Positions 21,338 through 35,684 of a stretch of 64,000 nt of DNA are shown here, piece after piece (positions within the stretch are counted from its first letter, which is position 1; each line of letters starts with the position of its first letter). The DNA is from Heptranchias perlo (lineage: Eukaryota), in the NCBI RefSeq assembly GCF_035084215.1, contig NC_090335.1, forward strand, positions 67,084,001 through 67,148,000, given 5' to 3'. The notes under the pieces are model-generated. The model did no database searches, had not been told where the DNA came from, and saw only the letters and a program-made list of their open reading frames with translations. Made by a program: the position numbers and the translations under genes.

Positions 21338-24300
21338 CTATAGAACCATAGAAAAGATACAGCACAGAAGGGGGCCATTCAGCCCATTGTGTCCACACCG
21401 GCTTGAAGAACAACCGGGTGCCCATTCTAATCCCACCTTCCAGCACCCGGTCCGTGGCCCTGCAGCTTACAGCACTTTAGGTGCAGGTCCAGGTACTTTT
21501 TAAAAGAGTTGAGGGTCCCTGCCTCTACCACCAATTTGGGCAGCGAATTCCATACACCCACCACCCTCTGGGTAAAAAAGGTTTTTCCTCATGTCCCCTC
21601 TAATCCCTCCGCCAATCAGCTTAAATCTATGTCCTCTAGTTCTTGAACTCTCCGCTAGGGGAAACAGGTACTTCCTGTCTACTCTATCTAGGCCCCTCAT
21701 AATTTTGTATTCCTCAATCAAGTCACCCCTCAGCCTCCTCTGCTCCAAGGAAAACAACCCCAGCCTATCCAATCTCTCCTCGTAGCTGCAATTTTCAAGC
21801 CCTGGCAACATTCTTGTAAATCTTCTCTGCACTCTCTCCAGAGCAATTATATCCTTCCTGTAATGTGGTGACCAGAACTGCGCACAATACCCCAGCTGTG
21901 GCCTTACCAGCGTTTTATACAGTTCCATCATTACATCCCTGCTTTTGTATTCTATACCTCAGTTAATAACGGAGAGCATTCCGTATGCCTTCTTCACAAC
22001 CTTATCTACCTGTACTGCCACCTTCAGGGACCTGTGCACATGCACTCCAAGGTCTCTCACTTCCTCCACCCCTCTCAATATATTCCCGTTTACTGCGTAT
22101 TCCCTTTTACTGTTTGCCCTCCCTCAACTTCTCCGGGTTGAACTCTATTTGCCACTTTTCCGCCCACTCCACCAACCCATTGATATCTTATTGGAGTCTA
22201 CAGCTCTCCTCTTCACTATCAACTACATGGCCAATTTTTGTGTCGTCTGCAAATTTGCCAATCATGCCCCCTACATTCAAGTCCAAATCATTAATATATA
22301 CCACAAACAGCAAGGGGCCCAACACTGAGCCCTGTGGCATACCACTGAAAATGGATTTCCATTCGCAAAGACATCCATCGACTTTTACCCTTTGTTTCCT
22401 GTTACTGAGCCAATTTTGGATCCAATTCACCACATTTCCCTGTATCCCATGGGCTTTTATCTTTCTGACCAGTCTCCCATGTGGGACCTTGTCAAATGCC
22501 TTTCTAAAATCCATGTAGACAACATCCACTGCACTACCCTCATCAATCCTCCTGGTCACTTCCTCAAAGAATTCAATCAGATTTGTAAGGCATGACTTTC
22601 CCTGAACAAATCCATGCTGACTATCCCTGATTAAACCATGCCTTTCCAAGTGACAGTTTATCCTATCTCTCAGTATTGATTCTAATAGTTTGCCCACCAC
22701 CGAGGTAAGACTGACTGGCCTATAATTTTTTGGCCTGTCCCTCGTACCCTTTTTAAACAATGGTACTACATTTGCAGTCTTCCAGTCCTCTGGTGCCTCC
22801 CCTGTATCTAGTGAGGATTGGAAAATGATCCTTGGAGCATCCACTATTCCCTCCCTGGCTTCCTTCAATAGCCTAGGAAACAATCCATCTGGCCCTGGTG
22901 ACTTATCAGCTTTCAAGGATTCCAGTCCCTCTAGTACTTCCTCTCTCGTTATGTTTACCTTATCCAATATTTCACGCCTCTCCTCTTTAACTACTACATG
23001 CGGATCATCCCTTTCCTTTGTGAATATGGAGACAAAATATTCATTTAAAACCCTACCCATATCCTCCGCTTCTACACACAAGATGGGACCTATCATCCCT
23101 GATAGGTCCCATCTTTTCCTTAGCTATCCTCTTGTTCTTAAAGTACTGATAAAACATCTTTGGGTTTTCTTTAATCTTACTAGCTAATATTTTTTCATGC
23201 CCTCTCTTTGCTTTCCTTATTTCCTTTTTTACGTCATCCCTGTACTTTCTATACTCCTTTAGGCTTTCTGCAGTATTTAGTTTTCTGTGACAGTCATAAG
23301 CTTTCTTTTTCTGCTTTATCTTGCCCCATATACTTCTAGACAACCAGGGGGCTCTAAATTTGGCAGTGCCACCCTTTTTCTTTGAGGGGACGTGTCTGCA
23401 TTGTACCTGTAGAATTTCACTTTTTAGTGCCTCCCATTGGCTTGCCACTGATTTCTCCTCAAGTAGTTGTGTCCAGTCCACTTCTGCCAAATCACCTCTT
23501 AGTTCTGTGAAATTTGCCTTCCCCCAATTTAAAACGTTTACTCCTGATTTAACTCTGTCCTTTTCCATAATATTGCTAAAACTAACTGAATTGTGGTCAC
23601 TATCCCCAATACGGTCACCCACTGTCACTTCACCCACTTGCCCATCTTAATTTCTCAGGACTAATTCTAGAATTGCATCCCCGCTTGTTGGGCTTGTCAC
23701 GTACTGGCTAAAAAAGTTCTCCTGGACACCGATCAAGAATTTTGTGCCCTCTGTGCCCCTCACACTGTTTGAATCCCAGTTGATGTTAGGGTAGTTAAAG
23801 TCCCCTACTATTATTGCCTCTTATTTTTGCACTCAGAAATTTGCCTACATATTTGTTTTTCTATCTCCCTTTTGCTATTCGGGGGTCTATAGTACACTCC
23901 TAGTAGTGTGACTGCCCCTTTTTTATTTCTTAGCTCAACCCATACTGCCTCAATTGATGATCCATTTAGCATATCATCCCTTCTTACAACTGTAATTGAT
24001 TCTTTAACCAATAATGCTACCCCCCCTCCTTTTTTATCACCCACTGTATCCTGCCTGAAAACTCTATATCCAGGGATATTGAGCTGCCAATTATCCCCCT
24101 CTTTAAACCAGGTTTCCATTATAGCAATGATATCATGTTGCCATGTGTCTATCTGTGCCCTTAGCTCATCTGCTTTGTTTGTAATACTCCTTGCATTGAA
24201 GTATATACCCTTTAACCCCGTCAAATTCCTGTGCTGAACACTATTTAACCTTTGCTTCTTTTGCCTTTCTGAGTTGCTAACTACATCACTAACTGCTTTT

Positions 24301-24785
24301 TTACTTCCTGTTTCCTGGTCTGAATTTGTCCTATCTGTACCTGCCCTTTGGTTCCCATCCCCCTGCCATACTAGTTTAAACCCTCCCCAACAGAACTAGC
24401 AAATGCCCCCGCGAGGATATTGGTCCCGGCTTGGGTGCAACCCGTCCAGCTTGTACAGGTCCCGCCTTTCCCAGAATCGGTTCCAATGCCTCAGGAATTT
24501 AAACCCTCCCCCCTACACCATCTCTCAAGCCATGCATTCATCTGGTCTATTCTCCTATTTCTGCTCTCGCTCGCATGTGGCACTGGGAGTAATCCTGAGA
24601 TTATAACCTTAGAGCTCCTGCTTTTTAATTTATTTCCTAACTCCCTATATTCTGCTGCAGGACCTCATCCCTTTTTTTTACCAATGTCGTTGTTACTGAT
24701 ATGGACCACGACCTCTGGCTGTTCACCCTCCCCCTTCGGAATGTCCTGCAGCCGCTCTGTGACATCCTTGACCCTAGTACTATAC
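21338..24785 (-). mobile_element. Near full-length CR1 (HER1-type) LINE: ORF2 with frameshifts plus the 3' part of ORF1
   Basis: YFNARSI…, SDH, NYRPVSL, QHGF, YMDFRKAFDKVPH, FADD, GDLIE; 8-bp repeat tail at 21338. Confidence 0.95.
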
Positions 24786-26589
24786 TTGAAGTTACCAGGC
24801 CTCGTTACTCTTTAACCTGTTAAATGCCAGTCCCTGTGTTCAGCAAATGGACGTGGAGTTTCTGTTCCTTTAGGGCAAGGATTAAAATGTGCACTCTCTC
24901 ATACTAAAAAAAATACTGATACTGGTATTAATTTAGTGTCTATTATTGTTGAAACACCTGAAAGCATTTTTTGAATGCAGGAGATTAACACCGTAGCTGA
25001 GAACAAGCGATATTTGTTTTCCCATTAAGAACAAAACACTACTGGCAACATATACTGCTAATAGTCAGTTACTTCTTTTTTTGTATGCATGAGTGCGACC
25101 AAATATTTTTCATGCAGACCTCTGTTTAGCTGTAGGAGATTGGTTTACAAAAATGCAACACTGACTTTTGAACCTGCATTCATTTTGAGTGTACCGGGAG
25201 TGAGAGATCAGTGAACTAACTCTTTAATCTAATTCAGGGATGGTTTGTGTGAAATTCACACTGGTACAGCAGAGGGCATTCTTTCCAAGTTGTAGCAAAG
25301 CAGAAGGAGTTTTACCTTGCATCTAACTTGTGTTACACCAGAGGTAATTTTATGAAATCCTGTTTCCTGGAGGGGGAATTCCAATGCACTGCCTCTATGC
25401 ATTTCTGTCTGCTAATTTTGCTGGGTGGAAAATTGTGGGGCGTGGGTGCTCATATTCTCTCTGTGCTTCCAATGGCTGAGGCTCCTCACTGGTTGCAAGG
25501 TTGCATAAAATTATTTCCTATACATATCTTCCCTGACATTGTTTAAAATTGGAAATGTTTAAGTTAAAATGTCTTAAAGCAAAAGAGTTTGCTGTTCTCC
25601 TGCACAGATATCGCTTGGCGAACATAAGCTATATCAAGAAATATAAAATACAATAATTTTCACTTTCTATCTAATTATCACTCCAACTGTCTCACTGCCA
25701 ACCATAACTTTACCAGATGTGGGGATAGGATCAGATGGATTGAGGGACTGATTCCCACACGTTATTATTTTAATGGGACGGGGTCAGTGTTATGTACCCG
25801 ACCTTCTTTTCCCCCGGACCTTGGATGAGACCAGGAACAACTTGCTAAGGTAAGGAAACACTAACTTCCAAAGGAAGAGTAAACACACATTCTGAGGCTG
25901 TCTTTGCTAAGCTGCTTTTAACATAACCGGCCTTATGCCATCATGGCATGAGATATACAGGATGGTAAAGTTTAAATACATCTGTCCTTTGCCTAACATT
26001 CTCATGACCTGTTTCCGTGGGCATTTGAGACACCATGCGCTGCTCAGAGTGAGTGAGGGGGAGGTGGGGGTGGGAGTGGGGGGAGGGGTGGTTCTCCTGG
26101 GGTACTGGCTGGCATTCCTCCCTTGGCCAACGTTACCATGTACAGGTTGGCTGGTCATTCATCTGACTGCTGTCGGTGGGATGTAGCTGGCCCAGAATGG
26201 GTGCCTTGTTTGCCTGCATGACAGCAGTCACTCCTCTTCAAAAGTGATTGATCATGTGAACCATTATGGGACATTTCGCCATAAGGTACTGCATAATTGC
26301 AAGTGAAATTTGTCGACTCATCACACATGCAGAGGAGCTGATCAGATAGATATGAAAAAGATATATTTGTTACGTAATGCACAGACTGATCTTTAAGGGA
26401 TGAACGTTGTTTGCTGCTATAGATGGAGAAGATATAATAAAAAAGGGGTATTCAGATTCACTGTGATCCCCTTCTTTTGACTGAAGTGGTGCCTTGAATC
26501 ACTGTGCCCAGTGACTTAGTAACAAGAGGGTTCTCGTTAACACTTTAGGTGGGCATTGGAGACACCATGTACTGTTCAGGTTGAATGAG

Positions 26590-26830
26590 TTTTGCTGGGG
26601 CAATTAGTTCTAGAGAGATTACAAGGAATCTTTTCATGCAAAGAATTATTAGAAGACGGAATGCTTTACCAGAAGTGACCACTGAAGCTGAGTGAATCAT
26701 TGCATCTAAGAGGGAATTAAATAAACACTTGAAGAAGAAAGCTATTAATGGGTCTTGCTGGGTCACTAGGTAGATGAAGTGGCTTGCAGTGATCAGCAAG
26801 TGTGCGCAATTGTTCAAATCGTTTTGCTTT
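26590..26830 (+). mobile_element. Old CR1 3' tail fragment
   Basis: …AGGAATCTTTTCATGCAAAG…GGAATGCTTTACCAG… similar to other CR1 3' ends. Confidence 0.6.
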
Positions 26831-26879
26831 TGGTTAAAGTCTGTCATCAGTCATGGTCAAAATGGTTCTTCTGGGCATC

Positions 26880-27140
26880 TGTCAGCCGTGACTCAGTTAG
26901 TAGCACTCTCGCCTCTAAGTCAGAAGGTTGTAGGTTCAAGTTCCACTCCAGAGACTTGAGCACATAATCCTAGGCTGATACCTCAGTGTAGTATTGAGGG
27001 AGTGCTGCACTGTTGGACATGCTGAATTTCGGATGAGACGTTAGACCGAGGCTCCACACCCCCCCCCACCTCCCACCCCGTTTGCCCTCTTGGGTGGTCG
27101 TAAAATATCAGGGCACTATTCGAAGAAGAGCATGGGAGTA
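26880..27140 (+). mobile_element. DeuSINE (SacSINE1-like) head and Deu-domain fragment
   Basis: GTCAGCCGTGACTCAGTTAGTAGC…GGTTCAAGTTCC tRNA head; reverse complement of 51300-51545. Confidence 0.75.
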
Positions 27141-27149
27141 AGGGGACTT

Positions 27150-27950
27150 ACAAATCTGGTCCTCTCCAACAAACCCATGAAGGCATCTTCAGAGCCTGGA
27201 GAGTGCATTATATTAAGTTAGTCTAACCCAACAGGCCATCTGTAAGGACCCATCTGCCCAGAGTATGCTGCAGAGATAGAAGGCCTTAATGAACCAGTTG
27301 AAAGAGGAGAAAGACTGTGTTGCCTAGCTTATAGTAGGGCAGTGGGCATGGACGATATACTGATTTCCAAAAGAGAGTCTAGATGAGAGGACGTTGGAGG
27401 AATGATAATAATTTTGGATAATAGTGCTAGGAATCCTGACTTGGAGGTGTTCTTTTGAGACTGGTGAATAAGTTTCTGTCTTGGTAAATGCAGTTTTGGT
27501 TTTTATCCCAAGTCAAAAACTACTGATGAATCCTACTGATATCCGTGGCTCCTTAAGTGGTCTTTTGAGTTATATAAGAAAGGCTCTGGAGAAACAGTGG
27601 AATAATCAGAAAGGCATAGACCAGATTTCACTCTCATAAGGAAAGTGTACAACATGTTTTGGTATTACTTGACTTGGCAGAGCATCATAAGGCTCAGAGG
27701 AAACGTAATTACATTGCTTTCATCGTTCCCCTTTCTACCTAGTGCTTTGTTCAGCCTGCTGAAGGAGCTGAAAGCTATTGTAGTATGTCATCAAAATCTT
27801 GGATTTTATCCAGGATGAGTACTCTTTCTTCAAGACCTGCGTATGGGTGCAGCATGAACGTCTCATCAACAGTGTGTTGGATAGCATCATAAGGATTTGC
27901 AGGGTCTGTTCCAGACATTTCTGAAAATATTGTTGCACTCCTCTTCATAG
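27150..27950 (-). mobile_element. Possible decayed DIRS tyrosine-recombinase remnant
   Basis: Weak minus-strand motifs resembling RAL..Y..RT, AHS and terminal DA.FG; heavily decayed. Confidence 0.25.
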
Positions 27951-29109
27951 AAGGTATTAGCCTAGAAATTGGCCACGCAGCACCTGTTTTTCTGGTGCAA
28001 AACGGCCTCCTAAGTCTCCAATATGGTGGGCAGGAAGTGCAAACTTATTACGAGCTGGAAATGCACTGCCTGCCACATTGGTAAAAGCTAAAAATGTTAC
28101 CATTTAGTTTGTATTGCCTCTCCTCATTCTTCCTATCAAAATTAATCACTACACTGTGTTAAATTTCCTCTGCCATGTGTCTGCCCATTTCACCAGTCTA
28201 TGCCCTCCAGAAGTCTGTTTCTATCATAATATCATAGTAGTTACAGCACAGGAGGAGGCCATTCGGCCCATCATGCCTGTGCTGGCTCTTTGAAAGAGCT
28301 GTCCAATAGTCACATTCCCTTCATTGTCTACTATATTTCCGAGTTTTGTATCATCTGCAAACTTTGAACTTATACCCTGTAGTCCAAGTCCAGGGTGTAT
28401 ATATATATATATATCAAAAAGAGCAGTGGTCCTAATACTGACCCCTGGGGAACACCACTGTACACTTCCCTCCAGTCTGAAAAACAACCGTTCACCACTA
28501 CACTTTGCTTTCTGTCCCGTAGCCAATTTTGTATCCATGGAGCCACTGTCCCTTTAATCCCATGGGCTTCAATTTGGCTAACAAGTTCTTTATGTGGTAC
28601 TTTATTAAATGCCTTTTGAAAGCCCATATACCACAACATCAACTGCCTACCCTCATCAACCCTCTCCTTTACTTCATCAAAGAACTCAATCAGGTTAGTC
28701 AAACACGGTTTGCCTTTAGCAAGTCCATGCTAGCTTTCATTTATTAACCCATATTTTTCCACATGCCAATTAATTTTGCCCAGGATTAATGTCTCTAAAA
28801 GTTTCCCCACCTCCGACGTTAGGCTGACTGGCCTGTAGTTACCGGGTTTATCCTTCTCCCCTTTTTTGAACTGGGGTGTATCATTTGTAATCCTCCATCA
28901 TCTGGCACATCCCCATATCTAAAGAGGATTGGAAGATTGTGGCCAGAGCCGTCGCAATTTCCACCCGTACTTCCCTTAGCAACCTAGGATGCATCCCATC
29001 CGGACTGGGGGACTTTTCTACTTTAAGCGCTGCTAACCTTTTTAGCACTTCCTCTTTATCTATTTTTATCCTATCCAAGAACGCTATTACCTCCTCCTTT
29101 ACTGTGACC

Positions 29110-31740
29110 TAGATTCTAGAACGGTCCCAGCGGATTGGAAGATAGTAAATGTAACACCGTTATTCAAGAAAGAAGGGAGAGAAAAAATTACAGGCCAGTT
29201 AGCTGACATCAGTCGTCGGGAAAATGCTGGAATCCATTATTAAGGAAGTGGTAACAGGGCACTTAGAAAATCATAATATGATTAGGCAGAGTCAACATAG
29301 TTTCATGAAAGGGAAATCGTGTTTAACAAATTTATTTGAGTTCTTTGAGATGTAACTAGCAGGGTAGAAAAAGGGAAACCAGTGGATGTAGTATATTTGG
29401 ATTTCTAAAAGGCATTCAATAAGGTGCCACATAAATGGTTGTTACACAAGATAAGGGCTCATGGGATTGGGGTAATATATTATCATGGATAGAGGATTGG
29501 TTAACTGACAGAAGACAGCGAATAGGGATAAACGGGTCATTTTCATAAGAACATAAGAAATAGGAGCAGGAGTAGGCCAATTGGCCCCTCGAGCCTGCTC
29601 CGCCATTCAATAAGATCATGGCTGATCTGATCCTAACCTCAAATCGAAATTCATGTCCAATTTCCTGCCCGCTCCCCGTAACCCCTAATTCCCTTTACTT
29701 CTAGGAAACTGTCTATTTCTGTTTTAAATTTGTTTAATGATGTAGCTTCCACAGCTTCCTGGGGCAGCAAATTCCACAGACCTACTACCCTCTGAGTGAA
29801 GAAGTTTCTCCTCATCTCAGTTTTGAAAGAGCAGCCCCTTATTCTAAGATTATGCCCCCTAGTTCTAGTTTCACCCATCCTTGGGAACATCCTTACCGCA
29901 TCCACCCGATCAAGCCCCTTCACAATCTTATATGTTTCAATAAGATCGCCTCTCATTCTTCAGCACTCCAATGAGTAGAGTCCCAATCTACTCAACCTCT
30001 CCTCATATGTCCACCCCCTCATCCCCAGGATTAGCCGAGTGAACCTTCTTTGTACTGCCTCGAGAGCAAGTATGTCTTTTCTTAAGTATGGACACCAAAA
30101 CTGTATGCAGTATTCCAGGTGCGGTCTCACCAATACCTTATATAACTGCAGCAATACCTCCCTGTTTTTATATTCTATCCCCCTAGCAATAAAAGCCAAC
30201 ATTCCGTTGGCCTTCTTGATCACCTGCTGCACCTGCATGCTAACTTTCTGATTTTCTTGCACTAGGACCCCCAGATCCCTTTGTACTGCAGTACTTTCCA
30301 GTTTCTCGCCATTAAGATAATAACTTGCTCTCCGATTTTTCCTGCCAAAGTGCATAACCTCACATTTTCCAATATTGTATTGCATCTGCCAAATCTCTGC
30401 CCACTCACCCAGCCTGCCTATATCCCCTTGTAAGTTTTTTATGTCCTCCTCACTCTCTACTTTCCCTCCCATCTTTGTATCATCTGCAAACTTTGAGATG
30501 TTACACTCGGTCCCCTCCTCCAAATCGTTAATATAGATTGTAAAGAGTTGGGGACCCAGCACCGACCCTACTGGTTGCCAGTCCGAGAATGAACCATTTA
30601 TCCCAACTCTCTGCTTCCTGTTAGATAACCAATCCTCCACCCATGCCAGAATATTACCCCCAATCCAGTGATTCTTTATCTTGAGCAATAATCTTTTATG
30701 TGGCACCTTGTCGATTTTCAGGTTGGTAGGCTGTAACTAGAGGGGTGCCGCAAGGATCAGTGTTTGGGCCTCAGCTATTTACAATCTATATTAATGACTT
30801 AGATGAAGGGACCGAGCATAATGTATCCAAGTTTGCTGACAATACAAAGCTAGGTGGGAAAGTAAGCTGTGAGGAGGACACAAAGAGTCTGTAAAGGGAT
30901 ATAGACAGGTTAAGTGAGTGGGCAAGAAGGTGGCAGATGGACTATAATGTGGGGAAATGTGAGGTTATTCACTTTGGTAGGAAGAATAGAAAAACAGAAT
31001 TTTTTTTTAAATGGTGAGAAACTATTAAATGTTGGCGTTCAGAGAGATCTGGGTGTCCTTGTACAAGAAACACAGAAAGTTAGCATGCAGGTATAGCAAG
31101 CAATTAGGAAGGCAAATGGCATGTGGGCCTTTACTGCAAGGGTTTTGGAGTACAAGAGTAAGGAAGTCTTGCTACAATTATACAGGGCTTTGGTGAGACC
31201 ACACCTAGAATACTGTGCACAGCTTTGGTCTCCTTATGTAAGGAAAGATATATTTGCCTTAGAGGGGGTGCAACGGAGGTTCACTATATTAATTCCTGGG
31301 ATGAGAGGGTTGTCCTTTGATGAGAGACTGGGTAAAATGAGCATATATTCTCTGGACTTTAGAAAAATGAGAGGTGATCTCATTGAAACATATAAGATTC
31401 TGAGGGGCTTGACAGGGCAGATACTGAGAGGTTGTTTCCTCTGGCTGGAGAGTCTAGAACTAGGGGGCGTAGTCTCAGGAAAAGAGGTCGGCCATTTAAG
31501 ACTGAGATGAGGAGGAATTTCTTTGCTCAGACGGTTGTGAATCTTTGGAATTCTCTACCCCAGAGGGCTGTGGATGCTCAGTCGTTCAGTCTATTCAAGG
31601 CTGAGATAGATAGATTTTTGGATTGGGGATTGGGCGGGAAAGTGGAGTTGAGGTCGAAGATCAGCCATGATCTGATTGAATGGCGGAGCAGGCTCGAGGG
31701 GCCGTATGGCCTACTCCTACTCCTATTTCCTATGATTTTA
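29110..31740 (+). mobile_element. 5'-truncated CR1 on + strand, itself interrupted at 29545-30714
   Basis: RT motifs continue across the insertion; CR1 tail at ~31730. Confidence 0.9.
29547..30714 (-). mobile_element. 5'-truncated CR1 with TSD TTTTCA
   Basis: ORFs 29960-30706 and 29651-29956; CATAAGAA tail; TTTTCA on both flanks. Confidence 0.92.
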
Positions 31741-33170
31741 TGGCATTGGCAGCATTCTCTTCTTTAGTGAAGACAGATGCAAAGTACTCATTTAGCACCT
31801 CAGCCTCGACAAGAAATCTCCTTTTTTGTCCCTAATTGCCCCACTCTTCCTTTGACTACACTTTTACTATTTATATGTTTATAAAAGACTTTTGGGTTCC
31901 TTTTTCTGTTACCGGCTAATCTATTCTCATATGCTCTCTTTGCCCCTTTAATTTTTGGTTCTCCCCTGTACTTTTTGAATTCAACTTGGTTCTCTACTGA
32001 ATTATGAACATGACATTTATCATAAGCCTCCTTTTTCTGTTTCATTTTAATCCTTATACCGTTAGTCATCCGGAGTACTTTAACTTTGGATGCCCTTCCT
32101 TTTCCCCTTGTGGGAATGTGTCTAGTCTGTACCCAAACTATTTCCTCTTTGAAGGCCTTCCGTTGCTCATTGACTGTTTTACCTGCCAATCTTTCATTGA
32201 ATCATAGAATGGTTCCAGCACGGAAGGAGGCCATTCGGCCCATCGAGCCCATGCAGGCTCTTTGTAAGAGCAACCCAGTTAGTCTCAATCCCTGCTCTTT
32301 CCCTGTAGCGCTGCAGATTTTTTCCCTTCGAGTATTTATCCAATTCCTTTCTGAAAGCCAAGATTGAATCTGCCTCCACCACCCTTTCAGGCAGCGCATT
32401 CCAGATCATAACTACTTGCTGCGTAAAAAAGTTTCTCCTCATGTCGCCTTTGGTTCTTTTGCCAATCACCTTAAATCTGTGTTCTATGGTTCACGACCCT
32501 TCCGCCAAAGGGAACAGTTTCTCTTTATTTACTTTATCTAAACCCTTAATGATTTTGAACACTGCTATCAAATCTCCTCTTAACCTTCTCCGCTCTCAGG
32601 AGAACAACCCCAACGTCTCAAGTCTATCCATGTAACTGAAATCCCTCATTCTTGGAACCATTCTAGTAAATCTTTTCTGCACCCTCTCTAAGGCCTTCAC
32701 ACCCTTCCTAAAGTGCCGTGTCCAGAACTGGACACAATACTCCAGTTGTGGCCGAACCAGTTATTTATAAAGATTCAACATAACTTCCCTTGCTTTGGTA
32801 CTCTATGCCTCTATTTATAAAGACCAGGATCCTGTATGCTTTTTTAATTGCTTTCCAGATCATAACTACTTGCTGCCTTCGTGTCTTGCCACCTTCAAAG
32901 ATCTGTGTACATATACCCCCAGGTCTCTCTGCTCCTGCACCCTCTTTAGAGTTTTGGTTTTAATTTGTATTGTCTCTCCTCATTCTTCCTGCCTAAATGA
33001 ATCACTTTGTACCTCTCTGTGTTAAATTTCATCTGCCATGTGCCCGCCCATTCCACCAGCCTGTCTATGTCCTCTTGAAGTCTTTTACTATCCTCCTCAC
33101 TGTTTACTACATTTCCAAGTTTTGTGTCATCTGCAAATTTTGAAATTGTGCCCTGTACACCCAAGTCCAA

Positions 33171-34845
33171 GGGCACTAAATTGGGCCGTGTAGCGCCCGT
33201 TGTTTCGGCGCTACACAGCCTCTCCGACATCCAAGATGGCGTCTTGGATGCGCACTCACGTTTCCTGCGTGACGTGCGCCAGACGCCATCTTGCTATAGG
33301 AGTTTGCGCAGGCACAGATAAGAAACGCTGGAATCATGTAAAGTAGGGAGAAAATGGCTTCAATCAGTGTGCAACGCTGATTTAAAGTGATAAGTCCCAA
33401 AATGGTGTCTAATGCTCAACTCAATGCACAGGCTTAACCCCGACCATCTGAACATGTCTTAGAGTGCCTGGAGGACCCCCCACCGGCGCTATTTAAAGGG
33501 ACCATGCAGGATTTACAGGTTAGTGGCTGGATTATTGCCTCTGGCTGCCGAGACATTTGTAACTGTTTCTGGAGGTCTCCTACACTTGAATACTAGGACG
33601 CGGGGACATAGCCTAACATTTAGAACCAGGACATGCAGGAATGAAGTTAGGAAATGCTTCTACACGCAAAGGGTGGGAGAAGTTTGGAACGCTCTTCTTC
33701 AGACGGCAGTTGATGCTAGCTCACTTGTGAATGTTAAATCTGAGATTGATAGATTTCTGTGAACCAAGGGTATGAAGGGATATGGGGCTAAGGCGGGTAT
33801 ATGGAGTTAGTTCACAGGTCCACCATGATCTCACTGAATGGTGGAACAGGCTCGAAGGGCTAAATGCCACTGCCACTTGCTGCCTCTTGATATGCGCCAC
33901 CTTCTTCTGCAAGAACGCGAGGCATGTGCCTGGGTGATGTGCCTGCCATGGTTGAATAGCTGCCAGTGTGTATGGCCTGTGAGTTGTGGGTGGGCAGCTT
34001 GAAACAGTGTTAATGTGTAAGTGTGAGAGGAAACATCTGATTGGAAGAGTTGAGTACTGATGGAAAGTGTTCATTGGTATGTGGGTGATGGGGGGTGTAG
34101 TGCGTGGTGCAGTTGGTAGGAGACGCCACTTGACAGTTGACCTCACTCACCTTGCCCACTCATGTCAAAGCATTGAACTTCTTCCTGCACTGCATCCATG
34201 TTCATGATGCTGTGCGCCTGGCATTGACTTTGTCCCCCGCTGCCTCCCACTGTCTTTTGAGTATATGTCCAGAGGGCCTCTTGCACCCTCCACCACCCCC
34301 TCGGATATAGGATGTCCCTCCTTCTGTCCACCTCTTGCACCCAAGGTCTCTAGTGCATCAGCAGAGAACCTTGGTGCATGCACTCTCACAGACCTGGTAC
34401 AAACTCAGATCGGCAAATTGGTGAGGTCTGATGTGCAGATTGGAGGATGTGGGATTTAGTAATGCGCAACCTTTATTCAATGTTTTAACATAACTCATCA
34501 TTGTGTAAATATAGGGATGGGATCTGCATCTGTGTTTTATGTGTGTGATGTCTGATCTCCGTTCAGACTCCATGCAGACAGTAGACTGTTATTTTCAGCA
34601 AATAACAGGTACAATCTACCTTTAAGAGATTTCTAAGAAACATTCTCCCTTTAAGAGATTGAGCTCCCTCTTAGTGTGAATTGCATTCATTCCACGTGCA
34701 AGGCCTGGAAAGAAACGCTGATTACAGGTCAGTGCTCCCTTGGGACCAAACTTGCGTCTTGCCTGCCCAGGGTCCGTCGGGCGCGGGGTGTTAGCGCATC
34801 GCACTACCATTGCCCAGAACGGACCCTTAACCAATTTCTTCCCCC
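33171..34845 (-). mobile_element. Non-autonomous Harbinger carrying a decayed Myb/SANT exon and a CR1 fragment (about 33560-33870)
   Basis: TIRs GGGCACTAAATTGG / CCAATTTCTTCCCC; TSD (C)CAA; APRFSADALETL…RRDILYP at 34143-34389. Confidence 0.85.
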
Positions 34846-35479
34846 CAAGTCTTTAATAGATATCAAAAAAAGCAGTTGTCCAGTACTGACCCCTGGGGAA
34901 CACCACCATACACCTTCCTCCAGTCCGAAAAACAACCGTTCACCACTACTCTGTTTCCTGTCACTTAGCCAATTCCGTATCCATGCTGCCACTGCCCCTT
35001 TTATTCCATGGGCTTCAATTTTGCTGACAAGCCTATTATGTGGCACTTTAACAAACGCCTTTTGAGAGTCCATATTCGCAACATCAACCGCATTGTCCTC
35101 ATCAACCCTCTCTGTTACCTCATCAAAAAACTCAATCGAGTTAGTTAAACATGATTTGCCTCTAACAAATCCGTGCTGGCTTTCCTTTATTAATCCACAC
35201 TTGTCCACGTGATTATTAATTTTGTCCCGGATTATTATTTCTAAAATCTTCCTCAGCACCGAGGTTAAACTGACTGGCCTGTAGTTGCCGGGTTTATCCT
35301 TACACCCTTTTTTGAACAAGGGTGTAACATTTGCAATTCTCCAGTCCTCTGGCACCAACCCTGTATCTAAGGATGATTGGAAGATTATGGCCAGCATCTT
35401 TGCAATTTCCACCCGGACTTCCCTCAGCAACCGAGGATGGATCCTATCTGGACCGGGTGACTTATCTACTTTAAATACA

Positions 35480-35684
35480 TGATGTGGAGATGCCGGTGAT
35501 GGACTGGGGTTGACAATTGTAAACAATTTTACAACACCAAGTTATAGTCCAGCAATTTTATTTTAAATTCACAAGCTTTCGGAGGCTTCCTCCTTCCTCA
35601 GGTGAATGTTGTGGAAAAAACACAACATTCACATGAGGAAGGAGGAAGCCTCCGAAAGCTTGTGAATTTAAAATAAAATTGCTG
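35480..35684. mobile_element. 205-bp Penelope-derived mini element: pLTR end plus inverted copy, two opposed hammerheads
   Basis: Same terminus as 46380-46493; TSD TACTTTAAAT(A/G)CA (35467-35479, 35685-35697). Confidence 0.88.
35565..35610 (-). ncRNA. Minimal hammerhead ribozyme
   Basis: Minus strand: ATTCAC-CTGAGGA-A-GGAGG(AAG)CCTCC-GAAA-GCTT-GTGAAT; 6-bp stem I, 5-bp stem II. Confidence 0.8.

Larger units (their letters stand above)
28095..32198 (-). mobile_element. CR1 fragment (28095-29109 plus 31740-32198) hosting two nested CR1s
   Basis: RT/EN fragments; …ACTGTGAC|…|ATTGGCAGC rejoins as in the paralog at 35768. Confidence 0.85.
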
